In this document: positions 49,801 through 62,660 of the stretch, piece by piece
Layout: every line of letters starts with the position of its first letter
Numbering within the stretch: position 1 is the first letter of the stretch
NCBI GenBank assembly: GCA_030704615.1
Contig: CM060733.1
Coordinates: forward strand, 4,898,001-4,962,000
Length of the DNA stretch: 64,000 nucleotides
Direction: 5' to 3'
DNA from: Takakia lepidozioides
Taxonomy: Eukaryota > Plantae > Bryophyta
Translations under genes and position numbers: made by a program
The notes under the pieces: model-generated
Database searches by the model: none
What the model saw: only the letters and a program-made list of their open reading frames with translations
What the model was told of the DNA's origin: nothing

Positions 49801-52800
49801 AGGAAAGTTGAAAGGCCAGACCAATTATTAGGACGTACACAGTAGATCCCTCTACTGGAGCAGGTGTGTGATTGGAGTGCGCCTCATTCCCCTCCCACTT
49901 CCCCCTGCTCCCATACTATCCAAACTGGATAGATGGGTATGGCCATAAGCCAAATGTAGGCAGACTCAAATGACTACACCACCTCAACCACCACCTCTCA
50001 AGGCTGTCCCATGTGGGAGGATCTATGTTATCAAGTGACAGCACATTTCTCTCCTGCTCTAGCCTTCTCTCTCCAATCTGATTGACTGCTCCAAATGAAG
50101 AAGCAGTCTATCCAGAGTATACCTTCTTCAATGTTCTAAGAATGTAAAATGTTGCAATATGGTGATGTGTATTTACATATACCCTGGTAAGAGGACACCC
50201 AGTACTCACCTTGAAAAGCATGTCAAAGTGTTGGGACTGCCCCACATCTGTCACGTAAATTATCCACTGTGCCCGCTCCTTATTGAGCCGATACCTACAT
50301 ATGAACATCAGTTCTGACACAGTTTCATCCTTCTATATTTTGGGCATCTAGTTTGCAGACTTACTCAGTGCTACGAACAAGGCTTAACAACTCAAATCCA
50401 TTTGAGAGGCCATCCGGCCAATGGACTCACTGAAGTTGTGTTCAGAAAACTTGACGGCCATAGCAACAATTAACATTTGTGACCCATGACTACTGATGAT
50501 GTGTAGAGTTTCGAATCTAAGGAGGAGGGGCTAGGAGGAATACCACATGGCAGCAAGATCTGTTGATGCATAATTGAAGCCCCCATCCCTTTTCACGACA
50601 ATGAGCGGTATCTCTTGGCCGGGTACTGTGATGACTTGCGCACCTTTACTCTCTTCAACAAGACCCTTTTCTCCTAGCTCCTTCAATACAGAAGCGATGA
50701 AAGGATTGTAGAAGCTTTCACCCTACAAGATAGCACCACCCACCCCCAACACACCCCTGATAGCTGAGTCCATGCATCCATAAGTAGTATCCATCTACTG
50801 ATAGCTAAAGCAAACCGAGAACTGACTTTACCCTTGACGACTGAAGAACTCTCTCATTCCACATGAAATTGAACTTACACCTAAATGTACAATTCGGAGA
50901 AGGGGCTGAAGAAGGGAGGTTACATCAAGCTAACTCCAATGTGGTACTATACAAGCACTACATGCTGCAGACCAGTGGAGATGAAATCAACAACATTGGC
51001 AGAAAGAGAGAGTAAATAGCAGCACATGTCAAACATGTCAAGATTATGCAGTCAACAAAGGCCTGGAGATTGCACAACCCTCTCCTCTAATGTGACTTTC
51101 AGTCGCTGGTAGACTTGATCAAACTCCTTTCTGCTCACATCACATATTCGTTCCCATGCTAATCGGTACTTCTCATCCCCAGCCTACAGGTAACACCCAC
51201 TTTTACGTCAGCACATATCACAGCATACATCTGCTACAAGGATAAGCACATCAAATAAAAACCACTCACACTTACACTCCAAATACATGCCTTTCGATCT
51301 AAATAGCAAAAAGACTACATCAAACGAAGTGCATGTGCTCTATTCCAGAAACCTACAATACTTTAGTAATATGGATAGTAATATTATTGCAACCCCAAGT
51401 ACCTGGAGACGGACAACAGCTTGCTGAGCTTTTTCTTTGAAGTGAGGATCAACATCAAACTTCGTCTTTGCTTTCTTGTAGAACGCCTGCACAAAGGACA
51501 CTGATGGGCTATCAACAATCCCGTTGGCAGGTCACACAAGATAGCTGCCAACCAGCGAGCTGCCAGACCAGACCCCAAGACAAACCCCAAATCCATGGAC
51601 ATAGCCCTCATAAATATTCAACATTCACCACATTTGATGTGAAGAAACGTTCAAACGCAGGACAGTTAGCAACAAAAACATGAGAGACCGAGAAAGATCC
51701 CAATATCCATGAGAGGCATATCATCGATAATACATACCAAATCAATCCAACATCACTGACCTGTAAGTCTCCAATAGCTTGCTCACCGACTTCCTCCCAG
51801 TTTGGAAACTCCTCAAACAAATATTCAATCAGCATCCCAAACTGCCAACCCATCACATCCCTCTTCTTTGTGTCTTGAAAGCAGCTTGCAATAGCATGCA
51901 GACACTACGAGTCTTACGTTTGCAGCTCAGCTAACACAGAGTTGTACAGCTCAAACATTTCGTGTGCAACCTTTTCTACATTGCATACTTGACAGGGAGA
52001 AATATCAGACCTGAGTGCCCCAGTCACCAACATGATTGCGGCGTAGCACATCCACATTACAGTACTCCAGCATGTGGGCAAGGCTGTCGCCAATAATGGT
52101 GGAGCGAAGATGCCCCACGTGCATTTCCTTTGCAATGTTTGGGGATGAAAAGTCCACCACTGCTCTCTCAACATTGAGCACTGGTGCCCAAGAACTCACT
52201 CCTTTAAGCAACATCTGCTGCAATCTCTGCGCACCATTCGTGAATAACTATTTAGTCATATAATGACAAGATGAATTGTTATCAGTTCATTGTTACATAT
52301 ATGGTCTTCAGCTTGATGTTCACTGCTCAACACTAAAGCCTAATCCATTAGAGCCACCGCCGTGGGAGGGCTATGGCAGTTACCCACTGACATTTACAGA
52401 GGGATTGAGGTTCTCATCAAGACAAAGGCTTTCTCTACTGGTAGATTAACACAAGTTAAAACTCTGCAGTACTGCAACAGAAATCTCCAAACCTGCTCAA
52501 TCCAAGGGGTTGAAAGAACAATATTGAGAAAACCAGGCCCTGCAATGCTCGTCCTCTCTATGAGAATAGACGTAGGTAGATTCCTCGCAAGTGCCTGCAT
52601 TCATAAAAAAGATTTATGAGCATCCACATAGTCTTAGCATGGATTTAAGAGCCCTCTATCCCATGTAATACATATCCAATCTGTCAGCATGATGGTGGGG
52701 ACTGCAAACAAATTCCCATGCAATGAGATAGTCTCATGGATGAAATTGTCAAACAGACCGTTGATGTATCTCAATATCCTTGTCAAATAAGCCCCAGATG

Positions 52801-54144
52801 ACAGCAAAGCAGTACCTCTACTCTAGTCTCAAAGAATGGGAAATCTTTGATCGAATGACATGACAGTAAAGAGTTTTCCAGGAAAATATGGGAGAACTCA
52901 GTCAATTCTACTTTTCAAGCAAGTCTCACTTCAGGAGCCAGCCCTAATGTAGAGAGCTCATTCTGAGTAAGGCTTACTGTGTACGTTGTAAAGTATCTCT
53001 CTCTGGGCTGCACAGGAACCCCCAAGCTTAAATCCCAGATATTAATTTATTGCATTTATTTTAAGGGCCAAGCATTCTTCCTTCAACACATGCGCTCTGA
53101 GAAAAATGTTAATTCCAGTCACCTGTCCAATCGCATTTGGATTCTTGAATTCAGTTGATTTGCCTTTGATTTTTGACCAAATCCCCATCGCATTATTACT
53201 GAGACCAAAACCCCCCATCCACCTCCATGATCAGCCTCCCTAAGACCCCTGCCCCCATGTATCTCCTAACAGTGTCGTAGTGATCAACCCCCAACCTAAC
53301 TCTGGGCTTGCCTATGTTCTGACATAGGGCTGCTTTCAATTGAGTTACTCCTGACGAAAGACCGGCCTTAGAATGGCATAGAATCAATACTCATAGAAGA
53401 TTGTTCCTTCAGAACTGGCATTTTCCTAAAGGAGGTTGGCACCGGGGGTGCAAATATACCACTGGTAGTCGCCATTCTTGGGATTGTTGCAAGCTGTCAC
53501 AAGAGGCTCGGCACCCGTCAAGTCTGGAACAGTCGCAGTGAGCGATTCCTTCACCAATTTAGCAATCTGCTGCCGCACGCTGCCACTTCCTCCGTCTGCC
53601 TGCACGCCTCCACAAGAATTCCAGAGGTCTCTCAATCAATATAGCCCCAGACAATCACATTGAACAAGCAGAAGACGATACCTCGAACATAGACAACCTC
53701 AAGAACTGCATAGTTCGACAGATTCATCAGCAAGGAACACAATGACCAGTCGGATAAATTTCTCCCAACAGCTGTCCTTTCTGTGCTAGAAATTGATCAC
53801 CACACGTCCTTTCCACACCAAATATCATTCTCACTGTACATTTGTCTACTTTCAAAGACCGCCAAACCCTAAATCTTAAACCCTGCGAAACTCACCGATA
53901 CATCCACGTCAGTAAGAACGGTTTCTGTCATGGTAGGGGATTGAGCGGACATAGCTCTCACTCCAACTGAGTGACGAACCCTAGCTGGAGAGAGTAATCT
54001 TGGAGAGCGAAGTTGTCGAGACTGCACCACACCGGTGTTGTAGAAGAAAGTCGAAGGCAGGGATAGAAACGGGAAAGATAAAGAGCGGCAGCGAGCAGAC
54101 ACAACCAAACTATGCACTACCAGCCGCGATGTGCAACAGTCCAT
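46846..54144 (-). CDS. argS: Arginine--tRNA ligase (ArgRS) with N-terminal transit-peptide-like extension; 17 exons: 54144-53896, 53599-53460, 53198-53123, 52594-52493, 52226-52011, 51841-51761, 51486-51403, 51183-51079, 50722-50544, 50294-50210, 49733-49547, 49206-49137, 49009-48940, 48469-48380, 47840-47772, 47519-47421, 46956-46846
   Basis: Motifs [41 protein letters not shown] (HIGH), [57 protein letters not shown] and the C-terminal [10 protein letters not shown]. All introns are GT-AG with consistent phase. Confidence 0.97.
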
Positions 54145-57100
54145 GCAGCTCCTCTCTGCCTTCAATTCGGCCCTGCCACCATTTCCTTCCTCGATCCCAA
54201 GAATTAGGTCAAGTCTCGTCGGAAGCTGGCCCGGCAGAGTTTTCAGGCAATTATCTGCTTTTCAAAGCGCTGTCCCGCGAAAATCATCTCCTATACTCCA
54301 GTGTTTTTTTTTTTTTCAAATTTTCAAAATAACAGGAGTGGCTACTGAGTTTTGCATGAAATAGCCATATTTTCTGTTCATCCACTGAAATTTGGACAGA
54401 ATCATTATCGTCTGTACTTTCACCCATGTATATCATGCATATTAGGCGAATTAATCCAAGATTTATATTGTTTTTGGAGAAGTTTGGCGATTTCATCCAT
54501 GAGAAAATAGGGCTGGAAAATTTGGCTCGAGTAGCACCGACGAGAGTAGGGGCTTTGGAGGGCTCCGCATGTTGCGGTGAGTGAGGTCCTTGGGACTTAG
54601 CCGCTATGGCTTCCCACCCTCAAGCCCCCGTCCCCATCGACGTCTTCCCAGGGTGGATGTATGCGCAGTGGAGCTTCATCACCCTGGCATGCTCTAAAGC
54701 TACATATTCATATAAGTACCTCCTCAAGACAACAGAGACGTTTTGGCGGCAATGCCCTAACTCCGAATATCTCTATTAATCCAACATAATTTTGCTACTC
54801 TCTTCCTCACTTCCTCCCCATGCCTCATGCCCTGAACAACTTCTCTTCAAGCTATCATCCACAAGCTCTGATCTCTCTAACACCCATTTATGGGCTGCTA
54901 CTGTTTAGCTGCGGCGCGTTTTCCAACATAGCAAGTGCTGCTGTGTGCCGCTGGCAAGTGCCGATCCCTATCTCTGTAGAAGCCGTCACATTCCGTTTGA
55001 TTTAAGGGCACAATTACGCGAGCAGCTGCTCCCAGCTCATGGTGGCGACCTCCCCTCCTCGCACAATGTGAAAGGCTGTCGAGTTGAAGAGGACAGTGCC
55101 TGCATTGTTACTTCCACGCGTGTTTCTGCAGACATGATCCTAAATGACGGCAGCTTCATGCAGGGAAGTGATGCGCCTTCCCTCCTTTATGGATGATCAC
55201 TAACTCCAGCACCACTTGTGCAATTTAATCTGGCAGCCATTTCCTCCAAAGGAGGGAAGACTACATGGATTATTAAGAACAACTCTGTTTCCAATGGCTA
55301 TGGAGACTCCATCCTTGGCAAAGGCCCTTCTCTTAATACTCACATGCAACTGCCCTTGTCGAAAGGAGTATGGGAAGATTCCATCCCCCAGGTCGCCCCC
55401 GACCAGCCAGTGATAACCTTGGATACAGCCAAACTCAAGGCACAGGCTCAAAAGCTCTCGCGACGTGGGGTCCTTCTCTACTTCCCTTGGAAGCAAAGGA
55501 CTAGATCATGGGTAAGAACATGGATTGCAAAACACTTGGGCAGCGAGGGTTGACCCAGCACTTCTGCTTGTCCATGGGTAGAGGTTTCTACCTGGTACTA
55601 TTTTGTTCATCGGAGGAGGCAGAGGCCAGTGCGCTAAGGTTCAACATAAAGATGTCTGCTACAAAGGTTTTCATCTTTCCATGGACCCATGATTGGGGTC
55701 ACAAGCAAGGAGTTCTGTGGAGACCCAGAGTTATAGTCATACCTTTCCTCCCTGCTACGTACCTGACGTCCCTCTCAGAAATTGGAGCAAGTTTTGGCAC
55801 TTTCGCTGAATGTCTTCGAACCAATTCAAGACACCATCAAAAGTGTGGACAATGAAGCACCTCATTACAATCTTACCAAAGACGTCGGAATGCCTAAACT
55901 GGTTGTTCTAATGCCCGAGTCAAAGCCAATCGGACACTCCATCAAGCTCCCTACGTTAGACGACTCCTTCATTGTTGTCTCCATCAAAGAGGAATACATT
56001 CCCACGATCTGCTACGCGTGCAATGGAGAGGGTCACATCCATTCCAACTGCCCGAAGCTCCACAGTCAGAATACAGCGGACGCTGCCAAGTAGGATGCAA
56101 TGGAACAGGATCCACGATAAGGCCATCAGCACCTGATGCTATGTTTGCAGACAACCAACAAATAAACTCGAAGGCGTTGCAAACGAACCATACTTTCAAA
56201 AAAAAGAAACGCAGCGGGATAAGGTCGCCTTTGATCCATCCCAATCGTCCTTACGACCTGGTCCCTGTCAAAGTTAAAGATGTATGGGCTTCCTTCCCCT
56301 TCTCTGCAGAAGAGCTACAACTTCTAGACAGTGAGAGCCTCGCTACAGCATTCCTGGAACTGCACTATTTCGCTAGGAGGCCCCTTACATGATGGGCCCC
56401 CAAAACAACATACTCCAGGGACAGGGCAACAGTCTGTGCAACCCCCCTCGTCTACACCTTTTTCAACAAGTATACAAACTTCTTCATCCCCAATCACGGA
56501 GACGGTTTCCGATCCGCATGGGTCACTGATTCTCTAGTCTCAGACCTGAAGTCTGGAAGTGCGCTGGACTTGGCTTTTCACTTGACCTCCCAGGTTCTCA
56601 GGGAGTTTTCCCAATGTCACTATCTCCCAGTCGCACATGCAACATATAGGCGTTATGGTCGAAAACAATGCTGCTCTGGTGAACCTTGCAATCATCCACG
56701 TGCTACCAATTTTCAAGTTTGACGATCTGGCTACCAGGGACGACCCTAGCCTGGGAATGTGGGTGGATAAGTTTGGGCTTTCCTGCAAAGTGAATGACCC
56801 CAATGCTTGGGCACGCAGCTCGGCGGTGATGGAGGAAGGGCTCAAGATGGTGGCGGAGCTTGCAGATATGCATGAACACATGGCCCCTGCAGCGAGGGAC
56901 ACAAACAACACTAAAGATGTAGAGCCCAACAAAGAGATGGTGCTATACAAGGAAAATGAGGTCTTGTTTTCCTCCAATGCGGCCCACAACATCACGGAGC
57001 TGGTGCAGCCTGATGAAACAGGACTCACCACCGCCGGTAAGCATGACTTTTCATGCTTACTCTCCCCTCCTTTTCTTTGCTCATGATGTCTCTAATTTGA

Positions 57101-57630
57101 AAAGAGGCTGGTCATTGGTACTTGATCACCAATCCCTGAAGCACAGAATTCTGCCAGGCTGGTCTGAAACTTACTTTTCCATTTTCTCCAAAAATGCTCT
57201 CAGTTTGCTCTCCTCTGCTCTCTCCTGGGACCTTTCCTTGGACTGGCTCACTGTGTTGACAGATAATAAAAACCAATTCATGGAATTACATCCTACGAAC
57301 AAGAGAAAGAGAAATAGGCAGATCTTTGTATGGAAGCTTATTTCGTTGCTCCCCCCTCCGGCTGGCTTTAAGTGGATGCAAACGCAGTAGCCATTTGATA
57401 AGAGAACCAAGTTCCGTTTTGTTCTCACATGGCCATCAAATCGCGGCGACTCTGCGGGCCTGGACACTGCCATTAAATGAACTTTTCTCTTATAAGCTGG
57501 AACATTAGGGGTATAGGGTCTGATCACTCGGCTCCTAAGAAGGCCAGGATCAGACAATGGGCATCCAATTTTCTCAACCGTTCCTCCCTAATTTTTCTTC
57601 AAGAGCACAAGTTAGACCTTGCTAAAATTG

Positions 57631-58440
57631 CACGGAGGGGTCACTCTATATATTTTTTCCATATCACGCGCGTACAAAGGTATATTTATACCAGGCTATA
57701 TTTCTAAAAAATTTACATTTTTTTCCACCCTATTTTTAGGTAATATCGTAAAACTCTTTGTTTCTTAATACCCTATTTTTTTATAAATTTTTTTTCAAAA
57801 ATACCCTATTTTGAATTATATTTTTAAATAATTTCAAAATTTCAAAAGCATGTACACAAACAACATTCCACACATAAGTCAAATGTCGGACCCAAAGAAA
57901 AGTTTAATTTTCATTAGCCACGAATTCACTAAAGCCGCAGCATCACTTGGATTTAAAGAGTACAAGTTTTGAGATGGTTCAAATGTCATAATCATTGTTG
58001 AGATTATGGTCTCAACATCAATCCATTGTGTATCAGTGAAATCATATTTGAACTTTAGGTGACCTTTACCTATAGAGAACCAATTCAAAAATATCATAAT
58101 GGAAGGACCCCCAGATTTGGGTAGAGCAGGCTTATTCATCAAATCAAAAGGCTGCCTTGATATTCCTCATTTAGAGCCAACTTTCCTTCGAATCTTTTGT
58201 ACTATGGATGAAATATGCGGGATGGATATATCATACTATAAATAAAACCCTTTATTATATTAACTTTTTAAGTAAAACTCTAGATTTTTTGTGACCCTTT
58301 TTTTTTAAAAATTGGGTGAAAAGATTTGTCCTACCGTATTTTTTACGTAAAACATTTCTAAAATTTACCTCAAAAGAATAACCTGCACCCTATATTTGTT
58401 CTCACGTGGTTTTGAAAATACGGGGAGTGACCCCCCCAAG
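57631..58440. mobile_element. Non-autonomous TIR DNA transposon with 8-bp TSD (hAT- or P-like), 810 bp, nested in LINE ORF2
   Basis: TSD TAAAATTG (57623-57630, 58441-58448). Imperfect 16-bp TIRs CACGGAGGGGTCACTC / GAGTGACCCCCCCAAG. Removing it restores KLDLAKIANLG, matching copy 1 (KLDLAKIASLG). Confidence 0.9.
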
Positions 58441-59521
58441 TAAAATTGCCAACCTAGGGAACTCAATCTGGCCCTCTTCATTAGCGGAACCCCACGGTGG
58501 TTGACTCCAGGGGTGGAACAACGATCTTGGTCCATCCTTGAGCCCGACTGTTTTAGCCAACGACATCTGGGTCCAAGGCCGTGTACAATCCATAATCATG
58601 GACCTGGGCCAGGTTATTTGGAAAAGTGGGAATAGTCAATGTCTATGCTCCAAATACTGTAGAAGAACGCGCTGATCTATGATCCCTAATGAGATTGAGA
58701 ACAATGCAGATGCTAGACATCCAACATTGGGTGGTGGGGGGGGATTTTCGACATGGTGGAATTAGATTGTGATCGAGCAGGTCCTACAGTTCACAATCTC
58801 TCTTCCATGGAGAGAGACTGGGACTCCTTCTGCTTGTCTTATGGTCTATTGGATGCCTCCATACCTTTAGAGGGTGAGCTCAAATTTATTTGGTCCAACA
58901 ACAGACAGCCGCCCAATTTGGTGCTTGCACGCTTGGATAGATTCTACTATTCTGCTCACTTGCTAAATTGGTCGGTTAGATCCCCTATTGTCCCTATCTC
59001 CCCTGGATTTGACCACTCCACGATTCAGATATCTCTCCACACCCCAGGATCTAGAGTTAGGGGTAGGGGCTTCTTTAAGCTAAACCCCTCTCTTCTCTCG
59101 GACCCAGAGGTTATTAACACTCTCCAAAGGGTCTGGTCCTCTGCTGACCTCCCCTTCTCCTAAGCTTCACTCTTTAAGGAAAGCCTGCACGGAACTATCC
59201 AGAAAAAAGGCAGAAGAGTCTTCTCGTAAAGAAAAGGCTCTTACTAAGTGCTTGCACATCTGGCAATTTCAGATGCAGACTGGTAGGGATGACCAGCAAA
59301 CCCATATATCGTACAAAAATGCCAAAAAGAACTTATCCCTGCTCTATCACTCTAGAGAGCAATTTATAAGAATCAAGGCTGGGGTTAATTGGTCACTACA
59401 GGGGGAGAAAATGTCCAGATACTTCTTTGCTAAAGCAGATCAGCGTCGGGCTTCCACCCTTATCGCCTCTTTGCGTGATGTTTCTGGTTTGTCCTCATCA
59501 GTCCCTAGTAAAATGTGTCCC

Positions 59522-60882
59522 CTGCTTGTGGACTTGCTCGTCATGGAGTCCACTGGTTCTTTTGTTCTGTGCCACGATGCTGGTGAATCTGCTCGTGAGT
59601 CTACTGCTAGTGAGTCCGATGCTGAGTTTCTGGGTTTTCTGTCATATACCAGGATGAACGAGCCAGTATTCGGGAGGCCTTATGTGCTTGGCGGACGGTG
59701 AGCTCCGACCCTCCTTTAGCAGTGAATGCGGTGCGCCGGGAAGTGGAGCGGGTGCGGGAGTACATCTTGTTTAAGTACCCTGGCTCAACAGACGCCATAG
59801 CAGCACTGGACTCTGCAGACAAAGCACGCGCCAACTCCCCGGTCAACACCATACTCAATGCAGACTCGGTGGATACAGAGCTCACCCAATCTGGCATCCA
59901 GCATACTCTTTCCCAGCAGACTTTTTCCCACCAGACTCATAGTCAACACAGTCTTGTCCAGCACACTCCCATGTACCAGACTCTCGTCCAGCATACTCCC
60001 ATCCAGCAGACTGCTTTGCAGACTTTCAGCCAGCAGACTGCTATTCAGGAGACTCCCAACCAGCAGATTGTCACCCAGAAGACGCCCATCCACCAAGGTG
60101 CCGTCCAACGGACTCCCAGCCAGCAGACTCCCATTGTCACGACCACCACTGGACTTTTTGGAGTTTGATGCTCGCCATTGCCACTCATTGATCCCGAAAC
60201 TGTGGACCTGACACTTGCCCATCTGAGGGTGGGGGAAGTTAATACCAATGTGGATTGGTATAATGAGCTCCATCGCATTGTCACGGACGGCCGATGGCTT
60301 TTTGTTTCCTTTCATTATTCCATGGAATTTATTATGGCAGAAGCGAATGAAGTCCTCGAAAGCGCACATTATGTTGCCCTGGCAGCCACAAAGGTCCAAA
60401 ATGCTCCGCCACTGTTTGTCCAATTAATCCTCATGGATGACCCACGGCCTCAGGAAACGGACATATGCCCATGGCACATCCTACCTTTGGGGTGCAGGGA
60501 AAGCACTTGCTTGGAATTACTGAAGAGTACTTTGATCGCATTGCTAATTCTTTCCTTCACCATCGATGGATCTCTGATGATATATGTTGTTGCAGTCATC
60601 CATGGTTTGATCGTCAGGGCAATTTTTCATCCAATAATCATCCAGCGTTCATCCATTCCTGTTGCGTTCATCCCACATACATTCATCCGAAACCTTTTTC
60701 ATCGCATTTTCCTGCCACATTGTCGTCATAGAGTATGTTTGTCTTCGATCCGATCGAACGGACACTGCATCCTTGCAGTGGAGTTTGCGTCCACGGCTAT
60801 AGGCCCACTTGTTCCCTCGGTTTTCCGCATCAGTAATCTGCTCACGTATCAGGGAATCTGCTCACGGGTTCTGCTCACGCCT
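59522..60882 (+). mobile_element. Fragment of an unclassified (LTR-like) element with a Gln/Thr-rich repeat ORF; originally contiguous with 62661-62936
   Basis: CTGCTTGTGGACTTGCT and CTGGTTC.TTTGTTCTGTGCCACGATGCT are shared with the reverse complement of 62665-62800. ORF 59698-60168 is built from 15-bp repeats. Confidence 0.55.
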
Positions 60883-62660
60883 TAGCTGCCATCTGATCGT
60901 GTTCCCAGATATTTCCTATGTATGTAAAGCCACAGTGCTCCCAGAAAGCCCATTTGGGTCGTTGCTGCAAAAGCACTTTAGAGTTCATATTACAATTCCC
61001 AAAGAGGGGTTGACGCATGGCCTCAGCACAACTAGTGGGGATTCTTTGGGTTAGGGAGCACCTCATTGATTGCCAGGCTGCCCATATAGATTGCCAGGGG
61101 AGAGACCTCAGCTGCACACGAGAGTTTTTGCCTTGAACAATCCACCTCAACGTCTGTGCCCACAATTGAGAAGAAGCAGGCATAGCTCCCATAAGGTAAG
61201 GTTGAATCAGCTTGCTCCACGGGTTGTGGCGGTGAGTTAGGGCTCTGGGTACCCATTTGGCCAAAAGAGTCTTTATTTGTGTCGCTGGGTCACGTATACC
61301 AAGTCCCCCTTTGGATTTTGGCTGGCACAGTTGATCCCAAGATATGAGTGCCCTTCTAACTGGGGTTTACGTGGTTGCACCCCAGATGAAGTTTCGAATC
61401 AGGGCCTTTATCTCTTTTACCATTGCAGTACCTGGATCCCATACAACGGCAGAAAACCAAGTAGAGGCCAGTACAACTTGGTTGGCCACCAGTGCTCTGC
61501 TTGCAATAGAAAGCATGGAAGAACTCCAATGAGCTAGAGATCTCTTGAGGTTAGAAATCACAGCTTGCATTCTACTCTGTTGGGTAGGATTTATACCAAT
61601 TTGATGGCCCAGCAATGTGTGTGACTCACCTGGTTGGAGCCAATATAATCCAATATCTTGCCCCCATGAATCACAGTGGGAAGCAGGTGCCTGATTTTGG
61701 AGCAAGGAGAGGAGACCCATAGATTTTTGCCAGTTGACTTTCAGGCCGGAGCCCAAGCAAAATATTAGTAGGGTCTGCAGGGCTCTATCTATGTTAACTC
61801 TGTCCGAGTTATCCAACAGCAGAGTAGTGTCGTCTGCATACATAGATAATTTAACCATCTTTGGCACGAATGAAGGGAGATGGAGATCTATAATGTCTTG
61901 CCTTGCTTCAAGGAGATGTCCCAGGGAATCTGCAGCAATCAGGAAAATGAAGGGTGCCAGCGGGCACCCTTGCCTGACTGATCTAGAAACCATTGACCAA
62001 TACTTTACTGGAAGCAGACTGCAGTAATATTAAAACCCATGAAAAGAAAGGTCCCCCAAGACCAGATTTATCCAAAGCACCCAAGAGGAAAGTCTAGTCA
62101 ATAGAATTGAACGTTTTTTCAAGACAACATAAGGTTGGTGATTCCGAGAAGCTCGATGAAGGGCTTCATGCACCAGTAGAATGTTATTTAGTATCATATG
62201 GTCTTTAGGAAATCCCGTCTACTCCTTCCTTATGATTTTTGGCAGCAAAGGTTGGATTCTTAAGGCTAGCGCCTTAGCTATGATTTTGTATGTTGAATTG
62301 AGAAGAGTGATGGGGCGGTAGTTAGCCATGTTGTCCCTCTCCCCTTTTTTATAGATCAAGGTTATGAGACCTTCAGATATTTGAGAGGGCATCATCTTCT
62401 TCTCAAGGATGTCATTAGCCATCAAAAGAAAATCCTCCCCAAGAGTCATCCAAAGAGATTTAAACAATTCAATCGGCAGGCCATCAGGGCCCGGGCTTTT
62501 CATGGATGTCATAGCCTCCACTGCTTTGCCCAACTCTTCCACAGTAAAAGGTCTCTGACAGCAAGCAAGAGATATTCTGCAGAAGGGTAGTTCTGGCTTC
62601 TTCCACCAGAGGTATTTGAGGTCGTTTCTCAAAGAGCTGTTTGAAGAAGTGAACAGCAGT
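60883..62660 (-). pseudogene. LINE ORF2 reverse transcriptase (inverted relative to the rest of copy 2)
   Basis: KSPGPDGLP, YRPITLLNSTYKIIAK, VRQGCPLAP, YADD, SGLKVNWQKS and IRNFIWG. Frameshifted. Confidence 0.95.

Larger units (their letters stand above)
54557..62660 (+). mobile_element. L1/Tx1-type LINE, copy 2 (5' end intact; interrupted, partly inverted, 3' zinc-finger region missing)
   Basis: The 5' terminus matches copy 1. ORF1 pieces span 55218-57508 (CYACNGEGHIHSNCP). The endonuclease and downstream ORF2 lie at 57477-57630 + 58441-59521. The RT is on the opposite strand at 60883-62660. Confidence 0.92.

Noticed and set aside
59785-60423. 212-aa minus-strand ORF with LRR-looking LLxGS repeats
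   Set aside because: It is the antisense reading of the 15-bp repeat, and the period of 5 does not fit an LRR.
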